Source: Lepidodermella squamata (Eukaryota; Animalia; Gastrotricha). Taken from it: a DNA stretch of 64,000 bases. Position 1 is the stretch's first letter, and each line of letters opens with the position of its first letter. Made by a program: the position numbers and the translations under genes. Positions 12,344 to 23,262 of this stretch are shown here, in pieces. Location: positions 4,591,881-4,655,880 of the forward strand of contig JBLDXI010000007.1 of NCBI GenBank assembly GCA_047495785.1. The letters run 5' to 3'. The notes beneath the pieces were generated by a model that saw nothing but the letters and a program-made list of their open reading frames with translations, was not told the DNA's origin and did no database searches.

Positions 12344-12561
12344 GTCGAGTATACTGATAGAATGGTTGAAACAACTCAATGCACTCGAGATACTTAGTAT
12401 AAAGCTCATAAAACACTGTGATAAAAAACGCAACACACCCATGCATGGGAGATAAGATACCGGATATGCAGCAGGAGTAAAACATTGGAAGGTTATTATC
12501 TTATTCTTGAAAAAAACCAAGATAACAGTCTTTTGCATTAAACTTTATTTTAACTTTACAA

Positions 12562-13662
12562 TTAATGCAAGCAATACGGTTCACGGCCACTGGTTGCTAG
12601 GTAGAAGACGCCTCTGTTCGGCGACTCGGCAGCCCGGTAGCCCATCAGCTGGCCGACTTTCGCGACGTCGCATTGCCTGCACAGGCCCTTGTCGAAGTGC
12701 TCGGCTGACGGGCATGGACAGGCCGCGAACGTGCAGTTCGCCCGCGTTTGAATCGTTTCAACATACACGTGGGGCGTTCGCGTATGTGAACAGCCGAACT
12801 TCAGTGAAACGTCGTTGATTTCTACGTAGAGACCTCGCCGTTCCATTTCTTCAAAACTCATCATCATCAAGTCTGCTGACCGCTTTCTGCGCTTCGTCAA
12901 ACAGCCAGGCTGGACAACGGCGTTGTTGACGTAGAAGTCGACGTGGCCAATGGGTTGTTTGATCGAAATCCACGACAGGTGCATGACGTCGACAAACAGC
13001 GCGTCGGTTTTGTCCAGCCTCGCGACCGGGTCGATGTCGAAGAAGGCCGGGCCGGCTGGGTCGAGGGCGGAAATTCGGCCGAGTTTCGCGTCGAGTCGTT
13101 TCGCGAGTAGTCCACAAACATGGGCGCCTAACGAATAGCCAATGCAGTGCATCGCTGCAGGGTTGAACGGCTTAGTCGCAGATTTGAACCAGTTGGCGAG
13201 GAGGGCGGCGGTTACTCTGAGGTTGGACGCAGGTTGGAAGTAGATGTTGAGACCGGTGCCTACATCGGCGCCCGCCTGCCAGTCGATGAAAACAACATCG
13301 TGGTCGGGATTCACCTCCATCAGAGCCTTCAGCATTTTGTAGCCCCATTTACTCTTCGAAGCCAGCACCGAGTCTTTGAATCCATTTGTGAAGCCGTGAA
13401 CGACAATTATCAGCTTTTCCAAGTTGAGCTGATCGGGCGACGTGACAATCTCGTAATCAGACATGTCCGGCTTCATGCGGTAGTAAGTATTTGGTATGTC
13501 ACGTGGGTTCATCGGCAGCGGCAGTTTGTCGTAGGGCTTATCCTGCGAGAAACACCCCACCCCGTCGTAGCAAACTTGGCCGTGGAAGCTTTCAGCCACG
13601 GCATCAATTCGCTCGACGTTGCAAGCTAGCAGGACAATTGTTAGCAAGGAAGGTCCGTGCAT
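12562..13662 (-). CDS. Secreted pancreatic-lipase-family hydrolase 3
   Basis: Likely start MHGPSLLTIVLLAC. VHGF, GYSLG, DPAGP, GHVDFY and CSH are present; no PLAT domain. Confidence 0.95.
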   Translation of the reverse strand: MHGPSLLTIVLLACNVERIDAVAESFHGQVCYDGVGCFSQDKPYDKLPLPMNPRDIPNTYYRMKPDMSDYEIVTSPDQLNLEKLIIVVHGFTNGFKDSVLASKSKWGYKMLKALMEVNPDHDVVFIDWQAGADVGTGLNIYFQPASNLRVTAALLANWFKSATKPFNPAAMHCIGYSLGAHVCGLLAKRLDAKLGRISALDPAGPAFFDIDPVARLDKTDALFVDVMHLSWISIKQPIGHVDFYVNNAVVQPGCLTKRRKRSADLMMMSFEEMERRGLYVEINDVSLKFGCSHTRTPHVYVETIQTRANCTFAACPCPSAEHFDKGLCRQCDVAKVGQLMGYRAAESPNRGVFYLATSGREPYCLH

Positions 13663-14251
13663 TTTCGGCGGAACAATAAATGTGCGCAATGCATGCACCG
13701 AGGCCGCAAGGAAAAAACGCAGCAGTTTATCAGCTTAATCGGTTAATAGCAACGCATGTCAATAGAGATAACAGCCGCTAGGCCTGTCCGCTAAGATGAT
13801 CACACACCACACATGAATAATGAGAAAGAACACAATTCCCATGCTATAATATTATCACGTCATATCTACAATACTAAAATGAGAGCGTTTTCTCAAAAGT
13901 AGGTTTTTTGTCCGCCATTTCATAACGGAAGGTGATAAATGGAAAGTAAAAACATGGTTGGATAGAGAATCAAATTGTTGGCATGCGAAAACTGTCAGAA
14001 CACTCGATCGCCGTCATTCGGGTCAACTTTTTAGCAAAAAACGCATATTTTGGACTAGAGCCCCGGACGGCCCCAAGAAAACCGAGGGAAAATTTGAATT
14101 TTAGAAAATTGCAATTACCAGAATAAATATTAAATAAACAATATAACATGTTACCAAATTATTTTATAATCTTAAGTGAAAACGTAATAGCGCGATATTT
14201 ACGAATGTCGATATTTTCAGATTTCGCGCCCGCGCGGTTAGTAAAACCCGG

Positions 14252-14835
14252 TTCCCAGTTCCCCACGAACTTTCACCCCGCACCTAAGATTTGAGAATGA
14301 TTCATTGCCTGATTCTTAGTAGTTAGTAGTTAGTAGATTACCGTTTATAGCGACAGTAGGGCATTCATGCTTACCAGTTCCAGGTTTCGCTAAGAATTCT
14401 ACGATGTTATAAGTATATTGTATCTTACTAAGAATCTTTGGGAGATCAAACGGAGATCTAAGTATCTTGAGGGATCACTTACAAAGTATGTCAGGCTTAG
14501 CGCATACCTCAATATAGATCTATGTCAAATCAAACAGTTACATCGGGATGATTGAGGTTAGTAAGTTATCCTACCTATAGGCACATCCTCTTCGAGATCG
14601 AGGTGAAGATTTTAGAAATGCATGTCTCAATTGTACTCTTACAAGTCTCAGATCAATTGAAATTGTTCCTAACTGGGAAATGAGATCAATAATGTTAAAT
14701 CTTGGCGCTACCAAGATTGAACATTATAAGCTTACTTTCTTAACACAAACTCAATACTCAGTACTCGATAATGATAAGATTCTCAAAGATGCTTAGACCT
14801 CTCATGATCAACATCGTGAAATATACAGCTGGTAA
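14252..14835. mobile_element. Degenerate fold-back/MITE-like non-autonomous element(s)
   Basis: TTCCCAGTT (14252) and AACTGGGAA (14671-14679) are inverted. A 17-bp near-perfect hairpin lies at about 14689-14727, and AAGAT/AGATC-rich inverted sub-repeats lie at about 14428 and 14773. No TSD confirmed. Confidence 0.35.
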
Positions 14836-15218
14836 ATGTATCTGAGGCACATCTTTAGCTCACAATCTATACTGATCTTCAGTGACATGGATGCCTAATT
14901 TTAATATAGGAGACGTCTTAACAATCCCTGAAAAGTGAGAGATACAAGTTAGTCTGAACAGACTCAACTTGACAGACCCACGAGGTTAGGCATTGATTTG
15001 CAGCGTTTACCTTCATAGCGATACATGTTTATGTTTAGATCTAATGATATGTACTAAAGTTGATTGCTGATTAGTTGCTGAAGTCCGTGTCCACTCAGAT
15101 AAGTTGATTTCACTCCAAGAAATATGTATTCTTTGTGGTTCCTTTATTTTTCCATAGGCGGACTAAATAGGATGGCCGGGCCGAAGGCTCGGCCCCAGAA
15201 TTGCTAGTTGGTGATAAT

Positions 15219-15655
15219 TCAAAGCAGGTTAAAATCAGGCTTCGTCTGTGCTTCATTGCGTTTATGATCTCGATGAGGGTGTGGCCCATCTCGCCACCCA
15301 TTGATTAACGGGTTTCGGCGACTGCTGCCAACTCGCTTCCGGCTCACTCGCTCATCCGCAAGAAAAGGAAAGGACACCCGAGTCCAATTCGCGGAATTTG
15401 ACGAACGCCACCGCTCAGTCGTAATGTTGACAAACTGCAAACTGCAAAATCTGAGCCTGTTTAGGAATGTATTCGTGGCCTCAATTTGACAGGCTGCGAT
15501 TCATATTCTGGGACACATTTCGTTGTTTACCGTCGATGAACGAATAAGTAGATTCAGTAAGGTAATGTTCGCCTTATCGACCTGCATCTTTTGCTGAAGT
15601 GGCAGTGATTTGGAATTCAAGTTTATGAATAAGGCTATTCCAATGATTGCCCCAT
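15219..15655 (-). pseudogene. Frameshifted copy of the HKR...KPDF peptide-precursor-like terminal exon plus upstream exon relic
   Basis: Ends in WRDGPHPHRDHKRNEAQTKPDFNLL*. Homologous to 15927-16186 with synonymous third-position changes, but the KF(D/R)ELDS segment is out of frame. Near-duplicate of 17758-18180. Confidence 0.55.
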
Positions 15656-15926
15656 TCTATATAGATTTTAACGTGGATTGACTCCATAAGTAGCACGCAT
15701 CTCTTCTGGGGTTCTGAACAACTTTTTTCCTCGCTGCGTTCTATTCGTCGCGTAACAGTGAAAAAATTGCGCAAAAAATTGAATTTCTGCCTGGTTTGCG
15801 TAATTTTGGCCCGGACGGAACTATACGATAGGCCCGGACTTGAGCAAGTCTTTCCTCTCGGAGCATCACACGGCATATGAGAATGAAAGTAATGCCCATG
15901 TCATCCCATGATTCAGACAAGATGAT

Positions 15927-16186
15927 TCAGAAGAGCGCGAAATCGGGTTTCATCAGTGCATCATTGCGCTTGTGAACTCGATGCGCGTGTGGCCTGTCTC
16001 GCCACCACGGATTGAGAGGTTTCCGAGACTGCCGGCACGCTACTCGCTTCCGGCTCACTCGCTCATTGGCGAGGTTCACGAAAATGAGCTCCGAGTCCAA
16101 TTCGTCGAATTTCCCGGCTTCGTCGCTGCCGCAAGTTTTTGTAACAAGAGCTATTCGTAATGTTTCCGAAATGCACATGCCGAAGC
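15927..16186 (-). CDS. Terminal exon of an orphan prepropeptide-like gene (possible upstream exons to about 16938)
   Basis: Open reading GFGMCISETLRIALVTKTCGSDEAGKFDELDSELIFVNLANERVSRKRVACRQSRKPLNPWWRDRPHAHRVHKRNDALMKPDFALF* after a CAG acceptor. The frame is supported by synonymous differences from the other two copies. Confidence 0.55.
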
Positions 16187-17189
16187 CTGTTCGAGTACAT
16201 ATGCAATCAAGGGAAAACATTTTTTAGACAGAATGCACCATTGAAAGAAAAATTAGAAGTAGAGAAAGTAAAGAAAATAAAGAATCGAAGATATAAAGAA
16301 ACCTGGCGGTGACTCGATTGACTTTCTCACATGTATGGGCTGTGTTTCGCCTGGGACAGACTTCACCAGCAGTTGTGCGATGCAGTTCATCGAGTCTATC
16401 TTCGCCTTTTCACACTGTTTCTCCTGCGTCGTTCGTTGCTGAGATGGCAAATCATTATGTAGGCTATAAAGTTAGAGGTATTCAGAAACGTACTCCACTG
16501 TAGAGTTTGATGTGATTTGACTTGGGTCGGGCACTAGTTCTCTGCCACGAGTAGAACGCTTCTCGCCACTGGCTTTGAACTAGAGCAACTGTGTCACTGA
16601 CTTGGAGCTTATCCATGGCGTCACAAATAAGGTCGGGCAGTTGCCATCGCTTGCGTTTATTCAGTGAGTAAACCAGTCCGTCCTCGAATCGCTCAGGCAA
16701 GTCATCTAACACCAGAAATGTGATCATTTCAACGCACAAGAGAGTGGGGTATTAGTTATTTACGTGATATTGCGCTCGGTTTTGGCGAATCCCCGCCATT
16801 ACGGGCCAAACAGAGTGTCACATTAGCTGGCCCAGTTAGACGATTGGGCCATGCATTTTTGCTACGGTACTCGCTGCGTTCTCGGCGTAGGGTGCCATTT
16901 GCGCGAACACCATTCCGCTTGTCGGTTCTTCTCACCATGCTTTTATAATACAACGAATAGTTCAATGCTTCACTGTAGTTATACAAATGTATAACCGATG
17001 GTATCGATTGATGACTCAGCGATTTGGCGCCTAAATTAATTATTGAATAGCGCCCACAACTAATGGCAAATTTCATCAGGAAACAAATCGATGGTATGAA
17101 TTGGATGCTTTTTTTATTTCGATGTTCACTGTGCTAACATAGTCAACCAGCTAGGTTAAGCTAGATTTGTGGCTTTTCAAAAATTAGTA

Positions 17190-17623
17190 CCGTATATACC
17201 GGAATATAAAGGACTCCCTACTATTTTTTTCAAACGGTCCGAAAACCCCTCTCTTCAATTCAGGGCCTCTCTTTTATTTAGGGCCTCCCTATTATTTTTT
17301 CTTCGCCCCGAACAAACCCGAGGTATCACTGAAAATGCCGCTAATCACCATCAAAAGTGAGGATTTTCATGGCGATAATGCCTCGCACCAGGTAGTCAGG
17401 CCACTTTTCCCTCAAGTTTCGCTTAAGCTGTATGCAAACAAGATTAAGAGGGATTAAGGTGAACACCTGCGCGCGCATTTCTGGGTGGCGTCAAGAGTGT
17501 TGGTAGCTGACCCTCTCTACAATTTAGGTCCTCCCTTTAATTATTTCAAATGCCTCGTAACCCTCTCTACTAAATAGGTCCTCCCTTCTAATTAGGTCCT
17601 CACTTATAATCCGGTATATACGG
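17190..17623. mobile_element. Tc1/mariner-superfamily (Tc2/pogo-like) MITE
   Basis: TIRs CCGTATATACCGGA(A/T)TATAA at both ends, flanked by a TA duplication; internal CCCTCTCT/GGCCTC sub-repeats; no ORF. Confidence 0.85.
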
Positions 17624-17757
17624 TAAATTCAATGATGCTAAGTCACAGCATCGCTGCGCTTGTTGTCACCTTGCTCTTTAGTAGCAAGTCGCAAGCAAGG
17701 AATGTTTTTATTCGATCAAAAAATGTTCTAGCACTGTTAAGCAAGTTGAACTAACTG

Positions 17758-18180
17758 CTAAGCCTGGTTAAAATCAGGCTTCATCTGGGCTTCATTGCGT
17801 TTATGATCTCGATGAGGGTGTGGCCCGCATCTCGCCACCATGGTTTCCGCGCGGCTGCTGCCGAGTCGTTTCTGGCTGACTCACTCACTGCCGCAAGCAA
17901 AGGAAAGGAAACGCGAGTCAAATTCGCGGAATTTGACGAACGCCACCGCTCAGTCGTAATGTTGTCAAACTGCTAACTGCAAAATCTAAGCCTGTTTAGG
18001 AATGTCTTCGTGGCCTCACTTTGACAGGCTTCGTTGTTCACCGCCGTGATACAATTAGGTTCAGTAAGGTTATCTTCGCGCTTTATCGACCGTTTCTCCC
18101 GCATCTTTTGCTCAAGTGGCAATGATTTAGGATTCAAGTTTATCAATAAGGCTATTCCAAGTTTTGTTTTGTCCCATTTC
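17758..18180 (-). pseudogene. Third copy of the HKR...KPDF exon region
   Basis: Ends PHPHRDHKRNEAQMKPDFNQA*. A 2-nt insertion breaks the WWRD frame; high DNA similarity to 15219-15655. Confidence 0.55.
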
Positions 18181-18295
18181 ACTTGGTCTATCACTTTGTT
18201 TATTTGCTTATGTTGAACAAATTTGACGGTACCTTTCGTTTCATGATTCAATGTTTGGCGCCTCAGTAGCACCATAAATATCACCTATTGAAATA

Positions 18296-18383
18296 CCGTA
18301 TTGCTGCAAATACTAACCCGGGCTTATGCAAAGTTGGAAGGCCGAAAATGACCCAAAACTGGGCTTCTATTTGAGCAATGCGG
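18296..18383. mobile_element. Very small Tc2-like MITE
   Basis: TA-CCGTATTGCTGCAAATA ... TATTTGAGCAATGCGG-TA imperfect TIRs with TA flanks. Confidence 0.6.
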
Positions 18384-18490
18384 TATTCTAATTTCTCAAC
18401 CGCGGATCATGGAACCAAAAAGGCCTAATGTCCTTCAACGTGGATGTTTTATTAACTTGGATTTGGATTGAGTCAATTCACTCAAGTCAA

Positions 18491-19697
18491 TTACTGCACG
18501 GCTATACGAAGGTTGCGTCCATTCTGTGTTGGCAGCGCATCGTCGCTGGCGTCGTAGTGCTTCCCAACGAGTGCGTCAGTATACACTTGTTATCGAAATG
18601 TTGACATGAAAAGATTGAGACCAATTAAACGCTATGACTTACGTGTGCGGGCCTTAGCTGCGGACTTGGAAATGAAGGCGTCTCTCAAGCCTATTGCGTC
18701 AATCATTGTCGCGAAACTTTAATATAGCACGCGTCCGAAAATGAGAACAGTCAGTGTATTTACATACCTCGAAAATCGTCGCCTGCTTCGGCGAGATAAC
18801 TCGTCACTCGCTCGACAAAATCGTCAATGGCGGATTTTTGATCAGCAGCTGGTTGAAGGCGAAATTCACAAGAAGTAAAATACAATAGTCTTATATAGTC
18901 TTATATAGGTATCGAAAACTAACTGAGCCTGGGGCCGAAGAAATGCCGCTGGCTGACAAGACCGATCAAACGCTTGTTTCGTGCAGCGAGCTCGTCGATT
19001 TTGCGCTCTAGTTCTTTCAGCTGCTGATACGCACGATTTGGCTTTGACGTCACGTTGTCTGAAGCAACTTGAAACTTCTGAAGAAAATATAAAAAGTCCG
19101 CCTTAAAAAAATGGCCTAGATGCGACGCTCTTATAAAGAAGTAAAGAAAGTAAAGAATTAAAGTAATAAAGATATAAAGAAAGGTCTTATAAAGAAGTAA
19201 AGAAAGTAAAGAATTAAAGTAATAAAGATATAAAGAAAGGTCTTATAAAGAAGTAAAGAAAGTAAAGAATTAAAGTAATAAAGATATAAAGAAAGGTCTT
19301 ATAAAGAAGTAAAGAAAGTAAAGAATTAAAGTAATAAAGATATAAAGAAAGGTCTTATAAAGAAGTAAAGAAAGTAAAGAATTAAAGTAATAAAGATATA
19401 AAGAAAGGTCTTATAAAGAAGTAAAGAAAGTAAAGAATTAAAGTAATAAAGATATAAAGAAAGGTCTTATAAAGAAGTAAAGAAAGTAAAGAATTAAAGT
19501 AATAAAGATATAAAGAAAGGTCTTATAAAGAAGTAAAGAAAGTAAAGAATTAAAGTAATAAAGATATAAAGAAAAGCGACAACCTCCTCTGATTCCTCAC
19601 TGTTGTTGTCTTCAACGGCATTGCCTAAACGACAATTCGCCGCTAGCAAGGCAAGTAACAGTAGCGAGAGCGGACGATAGCAGAAATACCTCGACAT
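18491..19697 (-). CDS. Secreted prepropeptide-like orphan A (one apparent 1-nt frame defect at about 18716)
   Basis: Signal MSRYFCYRPLSLLLLALLAANCRLGNA and acidic pro-region. Exon 2 carries RNKR, followed by short phase-1 exons TADQKSAIDDFVERVTSYLAEAGDDFR / FATMIDAIGLRDAFISKSAAKART / LYTDA...QNGRNLRIAVQ*. Exon 18643-18716 is 74 nt, one short, at a T-run. Confidence 0.6.
19131..19574. repeat. Perfect 56-bp purine-rich tandem repeat, about 8 copies, intronic
   Basis: Unit TTATAAAGAAGTAAAGAAAGTAAAGAATTAAAGTAATAAAGATATAAAGAAAGGTC starts at 19131, 19187, 19243 ... 19523. Confidence 0.97.
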
Positions 19698-20648
19698 TGT
19701 GCGGTGTTGAATACAACTAGTTTGGCGCAGAAAACTGGGACAAATGCGATTCCAATTCTTGGGTTTTTATTCGCTATACTGTCTGCAATTGCATGCAATA
19801 GACATGTTTTACGACGATATGTTCAACTCATCAAATCAGTCAAGCATTTCATTAGGTTTTTATGAACTAGTTCGCAGGGAACAGCTGATTTCTTCTTATA
19901 AGGTTCTGTAGTTCAGAGGACCAACGAACATCAGAGTTCATGGATGTTTCTGACAATAAGAACCACAGCAGCAGCAGCAGCAGTGCCAACATCAGTGTTC
20001 GCAGTTCGCAGCTGTGATATGTTGAAAGACTTGTTGAAAGCGGAAGAAAAATCCAGGAATAACACTGAGCTTAAGTTGACTTTTTCATGCTGAGATTTTC
20101 TGCGTGGAACCTCCCTAGTTTGCGATTCGTGTTTCATGAATGAAACAGTCGATAACATTTCAAAAATCGGCATGACATCGTTGAGTGACTTGAATTCTTT
20201 ATTATTCCATCACAGTTGACATAGATATTATTACTTCAGCATATAAAACAGTGTTTCATCATCGCTTTTACCAGGCTTTTAGCTGTGATGGCTGACAACA
20301 CAGTTTGCACAAAGTTTGCCTGCTTGTTCGCCGGCGTGGCCGAGGGTTGATGCGCAATGTGACGAAACAGCTCCTATAACGAATTAAAGAATTTAGGAAT
20401 TAGAGAATTAAGAATTACAAAGAATTAGAAATGCTGAGATTCTTTGACGACACCAGTTACACTCGCGTGTAACCTTTCCAGTCAGCAATTCAAACGCTGG
20501 TTCAAACGATCAGTAACATTTTGAAAGGGGACATTTCATAGTGACCTGAATCATTTTTTATTATTTTATTCCACCTAGCTTGACATTACTTATAGCATTC
20601 ATTTGCAAATGTTTCAGCGAGTTGGATTGCTTATTTTTCAAGAAGGCC

Positions 20649-21486
20649 TTAGACGACCTGGCGGATGGACAGCTTGCCGCCGCTCGCCTGTTTGCCGTTC
20701 TGTTCAACGACAGCAGCCGGGTCGTAGTCGAAGTCGTCGTTCTGCGCCTGCTCGTCGTCGTGGCGGGGCGAGCGAGTGAACGCATAGTCGAGGTCGTCGG
20801 TGCGGGGACGCCGCCGCTGACTCCTGTTATATCTCCATCGTCGCCGAAACGATGATCGCGCAGCCGATGTACGCTTCGCCGCCGGCGATACTTTCTCTGT
20901 GCAACGACAGACAGCGCAATGTTAGTGGGGCAGCTTACTTTAACGAAGCTTACTTGTTAAAAATTGGAGGGTTGCATCCCAGAAAATCGGCAGCTCATTC
21001 AAGAATTCTGAAATATACATCAGCACATAATCAGTGTTACTAGACTATTGCACGGGTTTTATCAGAACTCACTATAGCTGGAAGCGTTCAGGTCGGCCAA
21101 ACTTTTATAGAAAGTTGGATAGATGCTTTTCACGAATGACTTTAAGAATACTTTGTCCTCTGTCGGTATGTATGAATAAGAATTCATACAAGAAAGTCTG
21201 TCAAATGATTGCAAGCGAACTGTATACCTGGCGTGATCAGCGTCAGATTTCGGATGTAGGAGTCTAGGCGATCGGCGATGCATTCGACGATTGAATCGAG
21301 CTGGTCGTCGTCGGTGATCGCGATCAACCCGGCGGCGTTCCCCCCTTCACTGAAATACCTGGCATATTCTCGCGTCAAGGCGGCGAGCGCCTCATTGTCG
21401 CAGACTGCAGCAGATGATGAGCGCGAACCAACAGCGACGATCAGAGCAAGTACGATTGGAAATACCACCGAAGATGATGAATTCAT
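20649..21486 (-). CDS. Secreted helical orphan protein B (prepropeptide-like)
   Basis: Signal peptide MNSSSSVVFPIVLALIVAVGS. Four exons joined by phase-1 introns: ...NLTLITP / EDKVFLKSFVKSIYPTFYKSLADLNASSY / KFLNELPIFWDATLQFLT / KKVSPAAKR...RRRWRYNRSQRRR...QNGKQASGGKLSIRQVV*. Confidence 0.75.
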
Positions 21487-21552
21487 GGTTTACTTAAACG
21501 AGAGATGTTCTTTACTCGGAAATGAAATGGCACTTGGTTTGCACACACCGGC

Positions 21553-21559
21553 TTTTATA
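21553..21559 (-). promoter_or_regulatory. Putative TATA box of orphan gene B
   Basis: TATAAAA on the minus strand about 70 bp upstream of the ATG at 21486. Confidence 0.45.
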
Positions 21560-21840
21560 ACTTGATCTTTGCATTTTTATGAACAGGCGGCCAGACGCAG
21601 CGACTTGATCACCAGCGGTTCGAGTACTTTGACGCGCTTGAGTCACTTTTATTTCCCGACCTCATTTCATCGCTGCGATGAATAATGCTCCACATTGGCC
21701 GATAGAACTTCTGGAAGCGAAGATGATCTGCGAAAGCAGTGTTCGACACGAATATAGATGCAGGGCTTGTGAAGTTTTAAGTGGCGGATCTACATCGTGT
21801 TACAGAAGTGAAAAGTGATTAGGAGTGTCACTGCACAAAT

Positions 21841-22860
21841 GGACTTGGAGAAAGCCAACGACTTTGTTGACCGCGAAGAAGTGTGGAAAGCGCTAAAGGG
21901 ACTGGGAGTAGAACAAGATCTCATCGAAAACATAAAGACCTTGTACAGAGACAGCATAGCAACGGTTAGGGTTGGTGGTGTTGCTTGCGAGCCTTTCAAC
22001 GACTGGAAGAAGTTAGTAGCTTCACATATTTAGGTAGTATAATTACCTCAGATGGAGCTTCAAAAAGCGACATCAGGACCAGAATAGAGAAAAGCTGCAA
22101 AGCTTTCGGTGCCTTGAAAAAATATATTTTTGGAAATAAATCTATTCCTATTAGCGTAAAAATGAAGTGTCTTCGAGGTACAGTAGAACCGGTTGCGAAA
22201 TTTGGGGGTGAAAATTGGACGATGACCAATGACCAGTGAGGATGAACGGTGACTGAACGTTTGTCAGATGCCGTGCCTACGTAGCATTTGCGGTGTCACT
22301 CTGAGGGACAGGGTTAGGAATGTGAAACTCAAAAATTATCTTCGATAGTAGCAAGACATCAACTTAGGTGGTACGGCCATGTTGCTCGCATGGACCCCGA
22401 ACGGCTAACCCACCGAGTACGGTATTGGAACGTGCCGGAGGGTTGGAAACGGCCTAGAGGCAGACCTAAGCTAAGGTGGCTCGACTGTATTAAGAAACAT
22501 TTGGGGCGGGTGGGAATTCAAAATTTAGAGGATGATTTAGCGAAGGACAGAAGTGAGTGGAGGCTGAAAATTCATAGTCTGGGTTGATGATTCTGATACT
22601 TCTCGTGGGATTTTGTATATTTTGTTGAATTGATGGAAAATGATTTCGGTTTGACTAGGATCGGTCCTCTAGACTGGTCCTCCTCCGACACGCGCTCTGC
22701 TTGCCAGGTCACCACCGTGACCTGTCCGGCAGGGTGTGTACACCGGAGTGATTTTTATTCTCAGCACGCCTTTTTGTTGTTTTTTCTAATGTTCTTTTTT
22801 ACTGTTCTTTTAATCTCAAAAGTGCTGAAGAGTAAAGAAAATGCTATGTTATGTTATGTT
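21841..22860 (+). mobile_element. 5'-truncated, internally deleted RTE-like non-LTR retrotransposon
   Basis: Degenerate RT/C-terminal motifs DLEKAxDxVDREEVWKAL, FTYLGSIITSDG, LRWYGHVARM and KRPRGRPKLRWLDCI. 3' (TATGT)n tail; 11-bp TSD ACTGCACAAAT at 21830-21840 and 22861-22871. Confidence 0.9.
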
Positions 22861-23262
22861 ACTGCACAAATTGTTACCCAGCTGTGCGACTGAAGACGCC
22901 CCAACAAACAACCCTAAGAGTGCTCATCAGGGACCCCACGGCCTTAACTCATCCAATCAACGAACAGAATGAACTTGTCGGAAAATCACAGGGAATTTCG
23001 GATTCTTTCTAAAGCGTCGCGCCTTATTGTTCGTTTGAGAAGCTGATGGTTTAGCGGAACAGTTAGTGTTGATCATCATTACTTCAACGCCTCTATAGGA
23101 ATCTACTACGAGAGAAACTCGGCGCTCAAATTAGAGATGGCTGGAAGCCGGGAGATCTCTGAGTTATTTGAAGTGACAAAACCAATATGAGCGACTATTT
23201 GTCGTTTGATTTATTGAATGTTATTCGAAATTCATCGTTTTCAATACAAGTCTGTCGCTGAT

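Noticed and set aside
19931-20173. VLFLDFSSAFN resembles a LINE RT motif
   Set aside because: Isolated motif with no neighbouring RT motifs.
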